Source: Acidilobaceae archaeon (GTDB lineage: Archaea > Thermoproteota > Thermoprotei_A > Sulfolobales > Acidilobaceae). From it: a DNA stretch of 64,000 bases. Made by a program: the position numbers and the translations under genes. Position 1 is the first letter of the stretch, and every line of letters starts with the position of its first letter. The notes under the pieces were generated by a model that had not been told where the DNA came from, searched no databases, and saw nothing but the letters and a program-made list of their open reading frames with translations. Of the stretch, positions 19,154-29,517 are shown in pieces. The stretch lies in contig JAWBBK010000001.1 of assembly GCA_038824665.1 (NCBI GenBank), positions 288,001 to 352,000 of the forward strand, given 5' to 3'.

Positions 19154-19832
19154 GGTAGCGGTAATCAAGTTTCCTGGAACTAATTGCGATGAAGACGTAG
19201 TTCAAGCTCTCAGACACTTTGGAGTCAACGCGGAGATCGTGTGGTACAAAGACTTTAGAGTAGGTGAGTGGGAAGCTGTAGTGATACCGGGAGGCTTTAG
19301 TTATGGAGATTGGCTAAGAGCAGGAGCTATAGCGGCTAGGACTAAACCGCTCGAAGAAATCAAAGAGGCTTCAGATCGAGGCTTACCGGTGCTCGGAATA
19401 TGTAATGGCTTTCAGATACTTGTTGAGACCGGTCTCCTTCCTGGAGCACTTCTTCCAAACGAGAGCGGTAAGTTCGTGTGCAGATGGGTTAGAGTCAAAG
19501 CAGAGAACCCGAAAGGACCATGGCTTAAGTTAGTAGAAGACGGCGAGTCTTTAGACATGCCCGTAGCTCATGGAGAGGGCAGATACTATACTGATCAGTC
19601 TAGCTACGATATTCTCAGAGAGACAGAGTCTCTGTTGCGCTATACCAAGGGGTTTAATCCAAACGGGAGCTTATACGACATAGCTGGTGTAACCTCTAAG
19701 AGAGGACAGATTTTAGGCCTTATGCCTCATCCTGAGAGAGCGTACATAAAGAGGCTTACGCCAAGAGGCTTTAGTCCTGGAGGCGCTAAGATCTTCCAGA
19801 GCCTCAAAGAGTCTCTCCTTAACGGGTGGTAA
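19146..19832 (+). CDS. purQ: FGAM synthase glutaminase subunit
   Basis: FPGTNC, PGGFSYGD, GICNGFQ, AHGEG, MPHPER. Confidence 0.96.
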   Translation: MSKVAVIKFPGTNCDEDVVQALRHFGVNAEIVWYKDFRVGEWEAVVIPGGFSYGDWLRAGAIAARTKPLEEIKEASDRGLPVLGICNGFQILVETGLLPGALLPNESGKFVCRWVRVKAENPKGPWLKLVEDGESLDMPVAHGEGRYYTDQSSYDILRETESLLRYTKGFNPNGSLYDIAGVTSKRGQILGLMPHPERAYIKRLTPRGFSPGGAKIFQSLKESLLNGW

Positions 19833-19837
19833 AACAA

Positions 19838-22024
19838 ATGCCTCTAAGCAATAGCGAAATAGAGGAAATTAAGAAGCTCTTAGGCAGAGAGCCCACTATA
19901 GAAGAGTTAGCTATGTTCGAAGCTCAGTGGAGTGAGCACTGTTCGTACAAAAGTAGCAGGCTTTTGCTTAAGCTCCTACCTACAGAGGACAAGCATGTAG
20001 TCGTAGGTCCTGGGAGAGATGCTCCAGCTGTAGAAGTGTTTCCAGGAGTTCTGGTGGTGTTCAAAATAGAGAGTCACAACCACCCGTCGGCCGTAGATCC
20101 TTACAACGGCGCGGCTACAGGGATTGGAGGTGTAGTAAGAGACGTCTTAACGCTTGGAGCTAAGCCTATAGCTCTTCTCGACCTGCTTTACTTAGGTGAA
20201 CCTCAGGACTCTCACTCTTTATGGCTTATCAGAGGCATAGTCAAAGGGATAAGCGATTACGGAAACCGCATAGGAGTTCCTACAGTGGCTGGAGACACGT
20301 TTTTCGATCGGAGCTTCAACAGACAACCCTTGGTCAACGTAGGTTGTGTAGGAGTTCTTCCGAAGTCGAGACTTCTGAACGATTCTCCAAAGCCAGGCGA
20401 CTTTATAGTGATAGCGGGTAACGCTACAGGCAGGGACGGACTGTTAGGAAGTAGCTTCGCCTCTAAGCCTCTTGAGGAAGACGTAGACAAAGACATTGGA
20501 GCAGTTCAGGTAGGAGATCCTTTAACGGAAAAGCTCTTGATCGATGCTATCCTTCATCTAACTGAGCGAGGTCTGATCAGGTACGTGAAAGACCTAGGAG
20601 GCGGAGGGCTTACAACAGCTGTTTCTGAAGTAGCAGCGGAACACGGATTAGGAGCTTCTATATATTTAGATAGGCTTCACACTAGACAAAAACTAACGCC
20701 TTTAGAGCTTTTAGTCTCTGAGAGTCAGGAACGTATGCTATTGGTTGTAGAACCATCTAAGTTATCTGAAGTCTTGAAAGTTCTCGAGATCTACGATCTA
20801 CGTTACAGCGTGCTCGGATACTTTGACGATACTGGAAAGATAAAAGCATATTTCGGAGAGAGACTAGTTGCAGATGTCCCAGCTAAAGAGCTCGCTAAGC
20901 CTAGAGCTATCAGAAGGGAGTCTCTACCTCCTCAAGAAGCGCTGAAAGGGTTGACTCCCATAACGAAGTTACCAGAACTCGATGACTTAGCTAAAGCCGC
21001 TCTTAAGGTCTTGTCTTCTCCCAACATAGCTTCAAAGAGGTGGATATTTGAACAATATGATCATGAAGTAGGAGCTAGAACAGTGGTCAAGCCAGGCTAT
21101 GCTGATGCAGCGGTTTTAGCTCTTGACGAAAGAGGAAGAGGTATAGCCATTAAAGGCGACGCTAACCCACGTTATACTTACCTAGATCCTTTCAATGGAG
21201 CTGCTAACTCTGTAGCTGAGTGTTTTAGAAATCTCTCGGCAGTAGGCTCAAAGCCTCTAGCCATAGTCGACGAGTTGAATGCCGGAAATCCTGAAATCCC
21301 AGAGCAATACTGGTACTTTGAGATGATGGCTAAAGGAGTAGCTTGGATGAGCAAAGAGCTTGGATTACCTGTAGTAGGAGGTAAAGTTAGTTTTTACAAT
21401 ACAGATCATACAGGAAAACAGGTCAAACCAACAACTACGATAATCGGGATCGGCAGAGTTGAAAACGTAGACCACGTTGTTACAATGGACTTTAAAGAAG
21501 AAGGAAGCTACATAGTTGTGGTAGGCACTACCTATCCCGAGCTAGGAGGTTCGGAATACCTTCACGTCGTGTATGGACTTGAAATCGGAGAGATACCAAA
21601 GCCTAGACCTGTATCTGAAACGAAGAATTCGCTTTTAGTTAGAAGCGCTATCAAGAAAGGCTTAGTCTTAGCGGCTCATGACGTAAGTTCGGGAGGACTT
21701 GCTGCAGCTCTTTTAGAAATGGCTGTTCTGGGAGGCATTGCTTTCAAGATAGATTTAGCGAAAGCTCCCTCTAAGGGAATAATGAGACTTGACGAACTTC
21801 TCTTTTCTGAAACACAGGCCAGATATGTTCTCGAAGTCAGACAGGATAAAATAGGAAGGCTTAAGAAGTTAGCTGAAAGATTAGGAGTTGATGTAGAGGT
21901 CATAGGTAGAACGGTAGGCAACGGAAAGATTATGTTTGAGCATGAAGGCAAAGAGGTCTTTAGTTTGGATTTAGGTGACGCAAGAGTCGCTTATGAGAGC
22001 TTAGAGAAAGTGTTGGAGGTGTAA
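19838..22024 (+). CDS. purL: FGAM synthase subunit PurL
   Basis: WSEHCSYKSS, ESHNHPS, DLGGGG, SESQERM, GGKVSFYN. Confidence 0.97.
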   Translation: MPLSNSEIEEIKKLLGREPTIEELAMFEAQWSEHCSYKSSRLLLKLLPTEDKHVVVGPGRDAPAVEVFPGVLVVFKIESHNHPSAVDPYNGAATGIGGVVRDVLTLGAKPIALLDLLYLGEPQDSHSLWLIRGIVKGISDYGNRIGVPTVAGDTFFDRSFNRQPLVNVGCVGVLPKSRLLNDSPKPGDFIVIAGNATGRDGLLGSSFASKPLEEDVDKDIGAVQVGDPLTEKLLIDAILHLTERGLIRYVKDLGGGGLTTAVSEVAAEHGLGASIYLDRLHTRQKLTPLELLVSESQERMLLVVEPSKLSEVLKVLEIYDLRYSVLGYFDDTGKIKAYFGERLVADVPAKELAKPRAIRRESLPPQEALKGLTPITKLPELDDLAKAALKVLSSPNIASKRWIFEQYDHEVGARTVVKPGYADAAVLALDERGRGIAIKGDANPRYTYLDPFNGAANSVAECFRNLSAVGSKPLAIVDELNAGNPEIPEQYWYFEMMAKGVAWMSKELGLPVVGGKVSFYNTDHTGKQVKPTTTIIGIGRVENVDHVVTMDFKEEGSYIVVVGTTYPELGGSEYLHVVYGLEIGEIPKPRPVSETKNSLLVRSAIKKGLVLAAHDVSSGGLAAALLEMAVLGGIAFKIDLAKAPSKGIMRLDELLFSETQARYVLEVRQDKIGRLKKLAERLGVDVEVIGRTVGNGKIMFEHEGKEVFSLDLGDARVAYESLEKVLEV

Positions 22025-22028
22025 TAAG

Positions 22029-23396
22029 ATGGGAGGGCTCACAGGATTTCTAGGAGGCAAAGACCCTCTTCGTATGCTTTCTTTGTTGACTCTAGAAACC
22101 ATGCATAGAGGTTGGGATCTAATCGGACTAACCTTTGCTGTCTCTAAACAAGACAGAGTTACGCTAATACCGAAATATTACAGCATCGGCTCGTGGTATC
22201 GCTTCTTGACAGAGCGCTTAAAGAAGGTTAGCGCTTCTTCTAGTGTCGACTCTTCGATCGTAGGAGGTATTGGGTACGTCGGTGAGACCTCTCAAATTCT
22301 GATACCGGCTGTAGAGAAAACTGGAAATCTAAAGCTCGCTGTAGCCATAGATGGCGACGTGCTTAACTTAGAAGAGATCGCAAATAGGCTTAACGTAAGC
22401 AGTACAGGAAGCAAAATTGAGGTCTTAGCGCGCGTTTTAGTTGCGTTATCTCGAGAAAGCGGAGGAGACTTGCTAGAAGCTGTGAAGTCTTTTGTAGACA
22501 TTGCAATAGGCGGCTTTAGCCTTGTAGCTATAAGCTCTGAGCCTAGAATCGTGATAGCTAAAGACGCTAGAGGCTTCAAACCGTTATCTTATGCCGTTAC
22601 AGACTCAGGTCTTGCTGTAGCTTCTGAAACCTCTGCTCTTCAAACCCTCCGTTTAGACTGGAGAGAACTGGATCCTGGAGCTATAGCTTCCTTTGATGGA
22701 AAGGACTTCGAGCTAGTCAAAGCTAAAGCGAAAGACCCTGCTCCTTGTGCTTTCGAGTTCGTTTATATATCTAGACCGGATTCAGTGTTCCACGGAGTTC
22801 AGGTCTATACAGCTAAGTTTAATCTAGGAAGAGAGTTAGCGAAGATAGCTGAGGTCAAAGCCGATATCGTCACTCCGCTGCCTGACAGTGGAAGAATTGC
22901 AGCTCTCGGGTATAGCCGAGAAAGCGGTATACCGCTTGAAGAAGCAGTTTACGCCGTTAAGTATGTAGGCAGAAGCTTTCTCGCTCCACCAGAAATCAGA
23001 GGAACCATAGCGGACGCTAAATATGGAATCGTGAGTAGCGTCATCATGAACAAGTCCGTAGTGGTAGTTGATGACTCAATAGTGAGAGGAACCACTATGC
23101 GGAGAATTTCGAGAAGGCTTAGAGCAACAGGAGCACGAGAGATACATTTAAGGATATCTTGTCCTAGGTTCGCTTATCCCTGTCCTATAAATAGCGAGGT
23201 CTCAGCTCATGAGCTAGCGGCTAGAGCTACTCATTCCTTTGAAAAAGAAATAGGGGTCGAAAGCTTAGCTCATAACTCTGTCGAGGGATTAAAGAGAGCT
23301 ATAGGCCTAGAGAAGCTATGTACTGCTTGTTTTTCAGGAGAGTGTCCTCTCAGAGGCCTTTCTGAGACTCCTCTGAACGAGATTAAAGAACGGTGA
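22029..23396 (+). CDS. purF: Amidophosphoribosyltransferase homolog 1 (no N-terminal Cys)
   Basis: HRG, D..G.KPL, CAFEFVYISRPDS, VDDSIVRGTT, CTACFSG; begins MGGL instead of MCGI. Confidence 0.85.
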   Translation: MGGLTGFLGGKDPLRMLSLLTLETMHRGWDLIGLTFAVSKQDRVTLIPKYYSIGSWYRFLTERLKKVSASSSVDSSIVGGIGYVGETSQILIPAVEKTGNLKLAVAIDGDVLNLEEIANRLNVSSTGSKIEVLARVLVALSRESGGDLLEAVKSFVDIAIGGFSLVAISSEPRIVIAKDARGFKPLSYAVTDSGLAVASETSALQTLRLDWRELDPGAIASFDGKDFELVKAKAKDPAPCAFEFVYISRPDSVFHGVQVYTAKFNLGRELAKIAEVKADIVTPLPDSGRIAALGYSRESGIPLEEAVYAVKYVGRSFLAPPEIRGTIADAKYGIVSSVIMNKSVVVVDDSIVRGTTMRRISRRLRATGAREIHLRISCPRFAYPCPINSEVSAHELAARATHSFEKEIGVESLAHNSVEGLKRAIGLEKLCTACFSGECPLRGLSETPLNEIKER

Positions 23397-23404
23397 GATA
23401 AAGA

Positions 23405-24670
23405 GTGGTTGCCTTACTAAGCGTTTTAGCTTTTGACGACCTTTGGGACGTTTCTCCAATGATAAGATACGGTCTCTTATCGTTAAGACATAGAGGTAAC
23501 GAGCGCTATCTAACGTGCGTTACCGATGGAAGCAAGCTTTCGTGTAGGTGGTCAAAGTCTATAGAAGGTGTTGTTGAGCGAGGTCGTTCTGTAGCGATAG
23601 TTGCAGCGTTTCCGTCAGATTCTGTAGACTCAGCTCACGCTGTAGGAGCGTATGGAGAAGTAGAGGTAGCGGTCATAGCTTCTCGAGAATACCGAGAGCT
23701 CCCTGTGCTAGCTTATAGCATAGCGTCTGCTCTATCAGCAGAAGCGACAAACACGTTATCGAAACTAGAGAGGGCTCTGAACGAGTTCAAAGACCTTCCT
23801 TCGTTTTTAGCTATATCAAATAGAGGAGAGATAATAGCTCATCGAGACGCTTTAGGACTCACTCCTTTAGTTCTCGGAGGCTACGGATTTGACTTAGCTA
23901 TTGTGGCTTCTGAGTCTTCAGCTATTGAAATACTCGATGGAGAGGTGAGACGTCATCTAGAGCCTGGAGAGTTCGTTTTCCTCTCTAGAAGATTCGTGAA
24001 GACTAAGAGAAGAGATGTAAGTCCTTGTGGACTATGTCTCTTCGAGCTCCTCTATATGGCTAGACACGATTCTGTAGTTGACGGAGTAAGCGTCTACGAG
24101 TTTAGAAGAACTCTAGGCGCGAGGTTGACAAAAGGGATGAAGAACTCTAGCGAAGTAGACGTGGTTGTAGGAGTTCCTGAAAGCGCTATACCTTACGCTA
24201 TCGGTTTAGCTGAAGCTCTTAGAAAACCTTACGATCTAGCCTTCGTGCCGACCGTAAGGATGAGGTCGATGCTGAAAAGCAATCCACTTTACAAACTGAT
24301 AGCGATCCACTTAAAGATGAATCCTATTAGGAGCGCTCTAGAGGGCAAGAGAGTAGCTATAGTCGATGACAGCATGGTAACGGGCGCTACAGCTAAAACA
24401 GTCTCTCAGCTTTTGAGGCTGAGAATCGGAGCCAAAGAGGTTCACTTCTTTGTAGCTAGTCCACCAATAGTCAACGAATGTCCATACTCTCTTTTGAAGT
24501 TCAATAGAGAAAGCCTAGTTGCCGCAAATCTCTCTAGCTCAGACATAGAGAGTTATCTAGAAGTAGACTCGCTCACATGGCTCTCTCTCGACGACGTGAA
24601 GAAAGAAGCTGAGTCTAGAGATTTGCGTATCTGTTCAGCGTGCTTTACGAGCGAGGCTGGAAGAAGATGA
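23405..24670 (+). CDS. purF: Amidophosphoribosyltransferase homolog 2 (no N-terminal Cys)
   Basis: LRHRG, CLFELLYMARHDS, VDDSMVTGAT, CSACF. Confidence 0.85.
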   Translation: MVALLSVLAFDDLWDVSPMIRYGLLSLRHRGNERYLTCVTDGSKLSCRWSKSIEGVVERGRSVAIVAAFPSDSVDSAHAVGAYGEVEVAVIASREYRELPVLAYSIASALSAEATNTLSKLERALNEFKDLPSFLAISNRGEIIAHRDALGLTPLVLGGYGFDLAIVASESSAIEILDGEVRRHLEPGEFVFLSRRFVKTKRRDVSPCGLCLFELLYMARHDSVVDGVSVYEFRRTLGARLTKGMKNSSEVDVVVGVPESAIPYAIGLAEALRKPYDLAFVPTVRMRSMLKSNPLYKLIAIHLKMNPIRSALEGKRVAIVDDSMVTGATAKTVSQLLRLRIGAKEVHFFVASPPIVNECPYSLLKFNRESLVAANLSSSDIESYLEVDSLTWLSLDDVKKEAESRDLRICSACFTSEAGRR

Positions 24671-26175
24671 AGGTACTAGTAGTAGGTTCAGGAGCTAGAG
24701 AACACGCCATAACGAAGCTTTTAAGAGCAAGTGAAAGAGAGCCTCGAATTTATATCGCTATGGACTATGTGAACCCTGGGCTTAAGAGAGAAGCGGAGAG
24801 TTCTGGAGGCTCGTGGTTCAAAGTCAGCACTACGAACCCTGACGCAGTAGTTAAGGTAGCTGAGTCCGTTAATCCTGACCTTATAGTAATAGGGCCAGAG
24901 GAGCCTCAGTTCGCTGGAGTAGCGGATAAAGCGAGGGAGAGAGGATTTACAGTCTTCGGAGCTAGCTCAGCTTGTGCAGAGATAGAGAAGAGCAAAGTGT
25001 ATGCAAGAAGCTTAATGTGGAAATACGGTATACCCGGCAGGTTGTTCTTTAGAGCTTTCCGAGATCCTAAGGAGGTAGCTAAGTTCATTAAGTACGCAGG
25101 CGATGTAGTGGTCAAACCAGCAAGACAAGCTGGAGGCAAAGGCGTTAAAGTGTTGAGAGACACTAAAGCCTATTTGAGTTCTAAGAAAAGCGAGGTCAAG
25201 AGGACCTACATAGATAAGCTTTACGCTACTATGTCTTCCTATACCGACATAGAGTACAAGATCTTGGTAGAACAGAGAGTAGAGGGTGTAGAGTACACAG
25301 CTCAAGTGATCACAGACGGAGAGACGATACTGCCTTTACCGCTAGCTCAAGACAATCCACATGCTTACGAATACGACTTAGGTCCTGAGACCGGCGGCAT
25401 GGGTAGCATAATGGGACCAGGCTACTTGATACCTATGATCTTGGAGGACGAGTTTAAGATTACTCTTGACATAATAGAGAAATCGTTAAGAGCTTTACAA
25501 TTAGAGACTAAAGAAGCCTATATCGGAGCTCTGGCTGGGCAGATGATGCTCACAGGGCTTTGGGGACCTACTGTAATAGAGTTTTACAGCAGGTTTGGTG
25601 ACCCAGAGATAACGAATTTGATACCTCTTCTAGACTCGGACTTCTTAGAAGTGCTTGAGAGAGCGGCTACTAGAAGGCTTGCTGGAGCCAAGCTTAAGAT
25701 AAAAGAGAACGTGGTCAGCATATCGAAAGCCATAGCGCCAGCAGGCTATCCTGACGATAGAGTAGCAGCTAGCGGACATCCTGTCTTCGTAGACGAAAAG
25801 GCTATATCGGAGCTCGGTTGTCATACGCTTTACTCTAGCGTTGAAGAAGTAGCTGGAACTCTCTACACTAAAGGCTCTAGAGTTGTCGAGATAGTGTGTA
25901 GCGACGATAGCTATGAGAAAGCCTATCGCAAATCTGAGAAAGCGGTCTTAAACGTGTTCAGCTTAGATGGTTGGCCTCTCTTTCACAGAAGCGACATCGG
26001 GTCGCCTTATCTCATAGAAGAGAGAACAAAGCTTGCAGAAAGGGTCAGAAGAGTCTATATTGCAAGAGCTGCTCACGGTCTGCTCGGAAAGCAACTTGTA
26101 TGGCTTCCTGGAGAAGGAGTTGTTGAAGATCCTCTTCTTTCACCTGTGAACGTTTTGAAGAGGGGAGAGAAGTGA
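24667..26175 (+). CDS. purD: Phosphoribosylamine-glycine ligase
   Basis: MKVLVVGSGAREHA, GPE, GGKGV, GPETGGMG, RFGDPE; ATGA overlap with the purF2 stop. Confidence 0.95.
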   Translation: MKVLVVGSGAREHAITKLLRASEREPRIYIAMDYVNPGLKREAESSGGSWFKVSTTNPDAVVKVAESVNPDLIVIGPEEPQFAGVADKARERGFTVFGASSACAEIEKSKVYARSLMWKYGIPGRLFFRAFRDPKEVAKFIKYAGDVVVKPARQAGGKGVKVLRDTKAYLSSKKSEVKRTYIDKLYATMSSYTDIEYKILVEQRVEGVEYTAQVITDGETILPLPLAQDNPHAYEYDLGPETGGMGSIMGPGYLIPMILEDEFKITLDIIEKSLRALQLETKEAYIGALAGQMMLTGLWGPTVIEFYSRFGDPEITNLIPLLDSDFLEVLERAATRRLAGAKLKIKENVVSISKAIAPAGYPDDRVAASGHPVFVDEKAISELGCHTLYSSVEEVAGTLYTKGSRVVEIVCSDDSYEKAYRKSEKAVLNVFSLDGWPLFHRSDIGSPYLIEERTKLAERVRRVYIARAAHGLLGKQLVWLPGEGVVEDPLLSPVNVLKRGEK

Positions 26176-27401
26176 AGGTCTTGTCTCGAAGAGACTATCT
26201 CTCGACTCCTCTTTTTGGAGGATCTATAAAGGTCCTTTTGCTCGGTGGAGGCGAGCTCGGTAAGGAGATAGCGATAGAGGCTCAGAGACTAGGGCTCGAG
26301 GTCGTAGTAGTCGATAGATACGATTGGGCTCCAGCTATGCACGTAGCTCACAGACGATACGTTGTAGATATGATGAACCCTGAAGCTATCAAAGCTGTGA
26401 TCGAACACGAAAAGCCTGATCTGATAGTTCCTGAGATAGAAGCGATAGCTACAAGCGCGCTCGAAGAACTTGAGGAGCGAGGTTATAACGTAGTTCCTAA
26501 CGCTAGAGCCGTTAAGATCGCAATGAACAGAATAGAACTCAGAGAGTTTGCCGTCAAGACTTTAGGACTTCCGACAGCTAGATACGCTATAGCCGAGAAC
26601 GAAGAGGAAGCACATGAAGCTTGTGAGAAAGTTGGATATCCGTGTTTGCTGAAGCCTGAGATGAGCAGTAGCGGTCTAGGACATGTCAGAGTCAGCGAGC
26701 CTAAGAGAGAACTCGTAGCTCAAGCATATCGTTACGCAATAGCGCACGCTAGAGGTAAGAGCAAGAAGGTTATCGTAGAAGAGTTCTTGAAGCTTAGCGC
26801 TGAGTTCACGATTCTTGCCTACAGATACGTCTCAGAGAACGGAAGAGTAGTCACTGAAGCTTGTGAACCCGTAGAACACTGGAGATATGGACAATATCAC
26901 TACATAGAGTCTTGGCAACCTTCTGAGAGAAGTCCTAAAGTGTTAGAAGTAGCTAAGTCTATGGGATTAAAGGTAGCTGAAGGTCTAGGAGGGCTTGGGA
27001 TCTACGGAGTTGAGATCTTTCTAACGGAAGACGGTAGGATTCTGTTCAGCGAGGTTGCTCCTAGACCTCACGATACTGGAATGGTGACTATGGCTAGCCA
27101 AGACCTTAGCGAGTTCGCAATCCACATAAGAGCGTCGTTAGGTCTTCCTGTTCCAAAGCCTAAGCTACTAACCCCTGCTGCTAGCTTAGCTGTATATGCA
27201 GATAAAGACAACCTATGGGCTTACAAGCTCGCTGGAGTCTATGAAGCTCTCAACATCCCTGGAGTTGACATAAGGTTCTTCGGCAAACCTTATACATACT
27301 CAGGAAGAAGAGTAGCTGTGATCTTAGCGAGAGGTTCGAACGTACAGGAGGCTTTGGAAAAAGCTAGAAGAGCTGCCTCTGCTCTTAGGGTGGTCTCTTG
27401 A
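26172..27401 (+). CDS. purT: Formate-dependent GAR transformylase
   Basis: LLGGGELGKE, APAMHVA, PEIEAI, MSSSG.G, PRPHDTG, SEFAIH. Confidence 0.95.
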   Translation: MKVLSRRDYLSTPLFGGSIKVLLLGGGELGKEIAIEAQRLGLEVVVVDRYDWAPAMHVAHRRYVVDMMNPEAIKAVIEHEKPDLIVPEIEAIATSALEELEERGYNVVPNARAVKIAMNRIELREFAVKTLGLPTARYAIAENEEEAHEACEKVGYPCLLKPEMSSSGLGHVRVSEPKRELVAQAYRYAIAHARGKSKKVIVEEFLKLSAEFTILAYRYVSENGRVVTEACEPVEHWRYGQYHYIESWQPSERSPKVLEVAKSMGLKVAEGLGGLGIYGVEIFLTEDGRILFSEVAPRPHDTGMVTMASQDLSEFAIHIRASLGLPVPKPKLLTPAASLAVYADKDNLWAYKLAGVYEALNIPGVDIRFFGKPYTYSGRRVAVILARGSNVQEALEKARRAASALRVVS

Positions 27402-28417
27402 GCGAAGAGAGTTGGTCCTACGCTAAGGCAGGAGTAGACATAGCTAAACAGAGACGTCTACATGAACGCGCTCTTTCTGCTGCCAAAACTCTTAGCAAAC
27501 GTCTTAACGTAGAGGTCGAGGGATTAGGAGGCTATTCAGCATCCGTTAAGTTAGACGCTTACAAGCTCATGTTGCATATAGACGGAGTCGGGACTAAGAC
27601 TATAGTGCTAAGAGAGCTCAAGTCTCTTTGGGTAGCGGGTTGGGATTGCGTTGCCGTTAACGTTAATGATGTAGCGTGTGAACGAGGAAGACCAATAGCT
27701 ATTGTTGACTATGTCTCAATGCCTGACACTAACGAAGAAGAGTTCTCTCAAATAATAGAGGGACTGACTAGAGCGGCAGAGAGGTCTCGAACGATTATCG
27801 TAGGCGGTGAGACAGCGATACTTCCTGACTTGGTTTCCGGTATTGACGTAGTCTGTGCAGTCTTGGCTATCAAGGAGGGAGACCTGAAGGATCCGAGCGA
27901 GGGAGACGTTCTTGTAGGAATCGAGAGCAACGGTCTTCATGCAAACGGTTATACCTTGGTGAGAAGGGTTCTTAAGAACAAAGGCTTAAGCTATAACTCT
28001 TCGATAAGCGGAGTCTACTTCAGCTCTGAACTTACAAAGCCTACAGCTATATACTCAAACATGCTCTTAGAGGCTTTTGAGAAAGGCTTGATCAAAAGAG
28101 CTGCTCATATAACTGGCGGAGGTTTTTCTAAGCTTAAAAGAGTTTTGAACTCTTCGTTTGATGCACGTATAGATGCTCCAAGACCTCCAAGCATTTTTGA
28201 AGTCATTCAGGAACTCGGCAGAATCTCTACTGAAGAGATGTATAAAGTTTTCAACATGGGGATCGGTATGATCGTCATTACCGAAAGGGAAGCTTTAGAC
28301 GACCTTATTGGGCTAGCGGAAAGACATGGACTCAAGGCGAGCTCTATAGGAGTTCTTGAAAAGGGCATAGGCAGAGTTCTCATCAAAACGTGGAGAGGGG
28401 AAAAAATTGAGATCTGA
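27398..28417 (+). CDS. purM: AIR synthetase
   Basis: [38 protein letters not shown]. Confidence 0.96.
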   Translation: MSEESWSYAKAGVDIAKQRRLHERALSAAKTLSKRLNVEVEGLGGYSASVKLDAYKLMLHIDGVGTKTIVLRELKSLWVAGWDCVAVNVNDVACERGRPIAIVDYVSMPDTNEEEFSQIIEGLTRAAERSRTIIVGGETAILPDLVSGIDVVCAVLAIKEGDLKDPSEGDVLVGIESNGLHANGYTLVRRVLKNKGLSYNSSISGVYFSSELTKPTAIYSNMLLEAFEKGLIKRAAHITGGGFSKLKRVLNSSFDARIDAPRPPSIFEVIQELGRISTEEMYKVFNMGIGMIVITEREALDDLIGLAERHGLKASSIGVLEKGIGRVLIKTWRGEKIEI

Positions 28418-29516
28418 TCTCAGCTCTAAAGACCTCCTTAGAGGTTATGATCTGCAGTCGCTCTCAATAGCCGCTATAGCTAGTCATTCAGCTCTTGACG
28501 TGTTTGACGGAGCTAAAGACGAAGGCTTCAGAACAGTAGCTATTTGTCAAAAAGGAAGAGAGAAGCCATACCTTAGATTCAAAAGAATAGTTGATGAAGC
28601 TTTAATTCTCGACAAGTTCGCAGACGTAGTGAAGTTTGAAGTAATAAACAAACTCAGGTCTCTAAACGCTTTGATAGTACCTAACAGAAGCTTCGCTGTC
28701 TATGTAGGCTATGATGCAATAGAAAACAACTTCCCTCTTCCGATATTTGGCAACAGGAGGCTCTTGAGATACGAAGAGAGGACAGGCGCAAAGAACTACT
28801 ATACGCTACTCGATAGAGCTGGGATCAGAAGGCCTAAGACTTTCTCAAGTATAGAAGAGGTCGATAGACCTGTCATAGTCAAAATGCCTCATGCAGTGAA
28901 GAGAGTCGAGAGAGGCTTCTTTATAGCTGTAGATAGAGACGATCTGAAGAAGAAGCTAAACAGACTGATCGAAAAGAACGTGGTGAGAGAAAGCGATTTG
29001 TGTAACGCTTCTATAGAAGAACTCGTGCTTGGAGCTCACTTTAACGTAAACTACTTTGTCAGCGTCGCTAGAAAAGACGTAGAGATATTGAGCATAGATA
29101 GAAGAATCCAAACAGATATAGACGGGTTTCTAAAGCTTCCAGCTCAGGTTCAGCTAGAGCTTTCTGAATACGTTGACGTAGAGATGGTCGAAATAGGACA
29201 TGAGCCTGTGACGATCAGAGAGAGCATGCTTGAAAAGCTTTTTGAAATAGGCGATAGATTCGTTATAGAATCTAAGAAAGTCGAGCCTCCAGGCGTCATA
29301 GGTCCTTTTACGCTTCAGCTCATGGTCACTAAAGACTTAGACGTTGTCGTTTTCGACGTAGCTCTTAGAATAGGAGGCGGAACCAACGCATATATGGGTA
29401 TAGGAAGTCAATATAGTAAGCTGTACTTCGGTAGACCTATCAGTATAGGTAGAAGGATCGCTATAGAGGTTCGAGAATGTATAGAACAAGCATGTCTTGA
29501 AGAGGTGACGACTTGA
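28407..29516 (+). CDS. purP: PurP-family ATP-grasp protein paralog 2
   Basis: [39 protein letters not shown]. Confidence 0.88.
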   Translation: MRSDLSSKDLLRGYDLQSLSIAAIASHSALDVFDGAKDEGFRTVAICQKGREKPYLRFKRIVDEALILDKFADVVKFEVINKLRSLNALIVPNRSFAVYVGYDAIENNFPLPIFGNRRLLRYEERTGAKNYYTLLDRAGIRRPKTFSSIEEVDRPVIVKMPHAVKRVERGFFIAVDRDDLKKKLNRLIEKNVVRESDLCNASIEELVLGAHFNVNYFVSVARKDVEILSIDRRIQTDIDGFLKLPAQVQLELSEYVDVEMVEIGHEPVTIRESMLEKLFEIGDRFVIESKKVEPPGVIGPFTLQLMVTKDLDVVVFDVALRIGGGTNAYMGIGSQYSKLYFGRPISIGRRIAIEVRECIEQACLEEVTT

Positions 29517-29517
29517 G

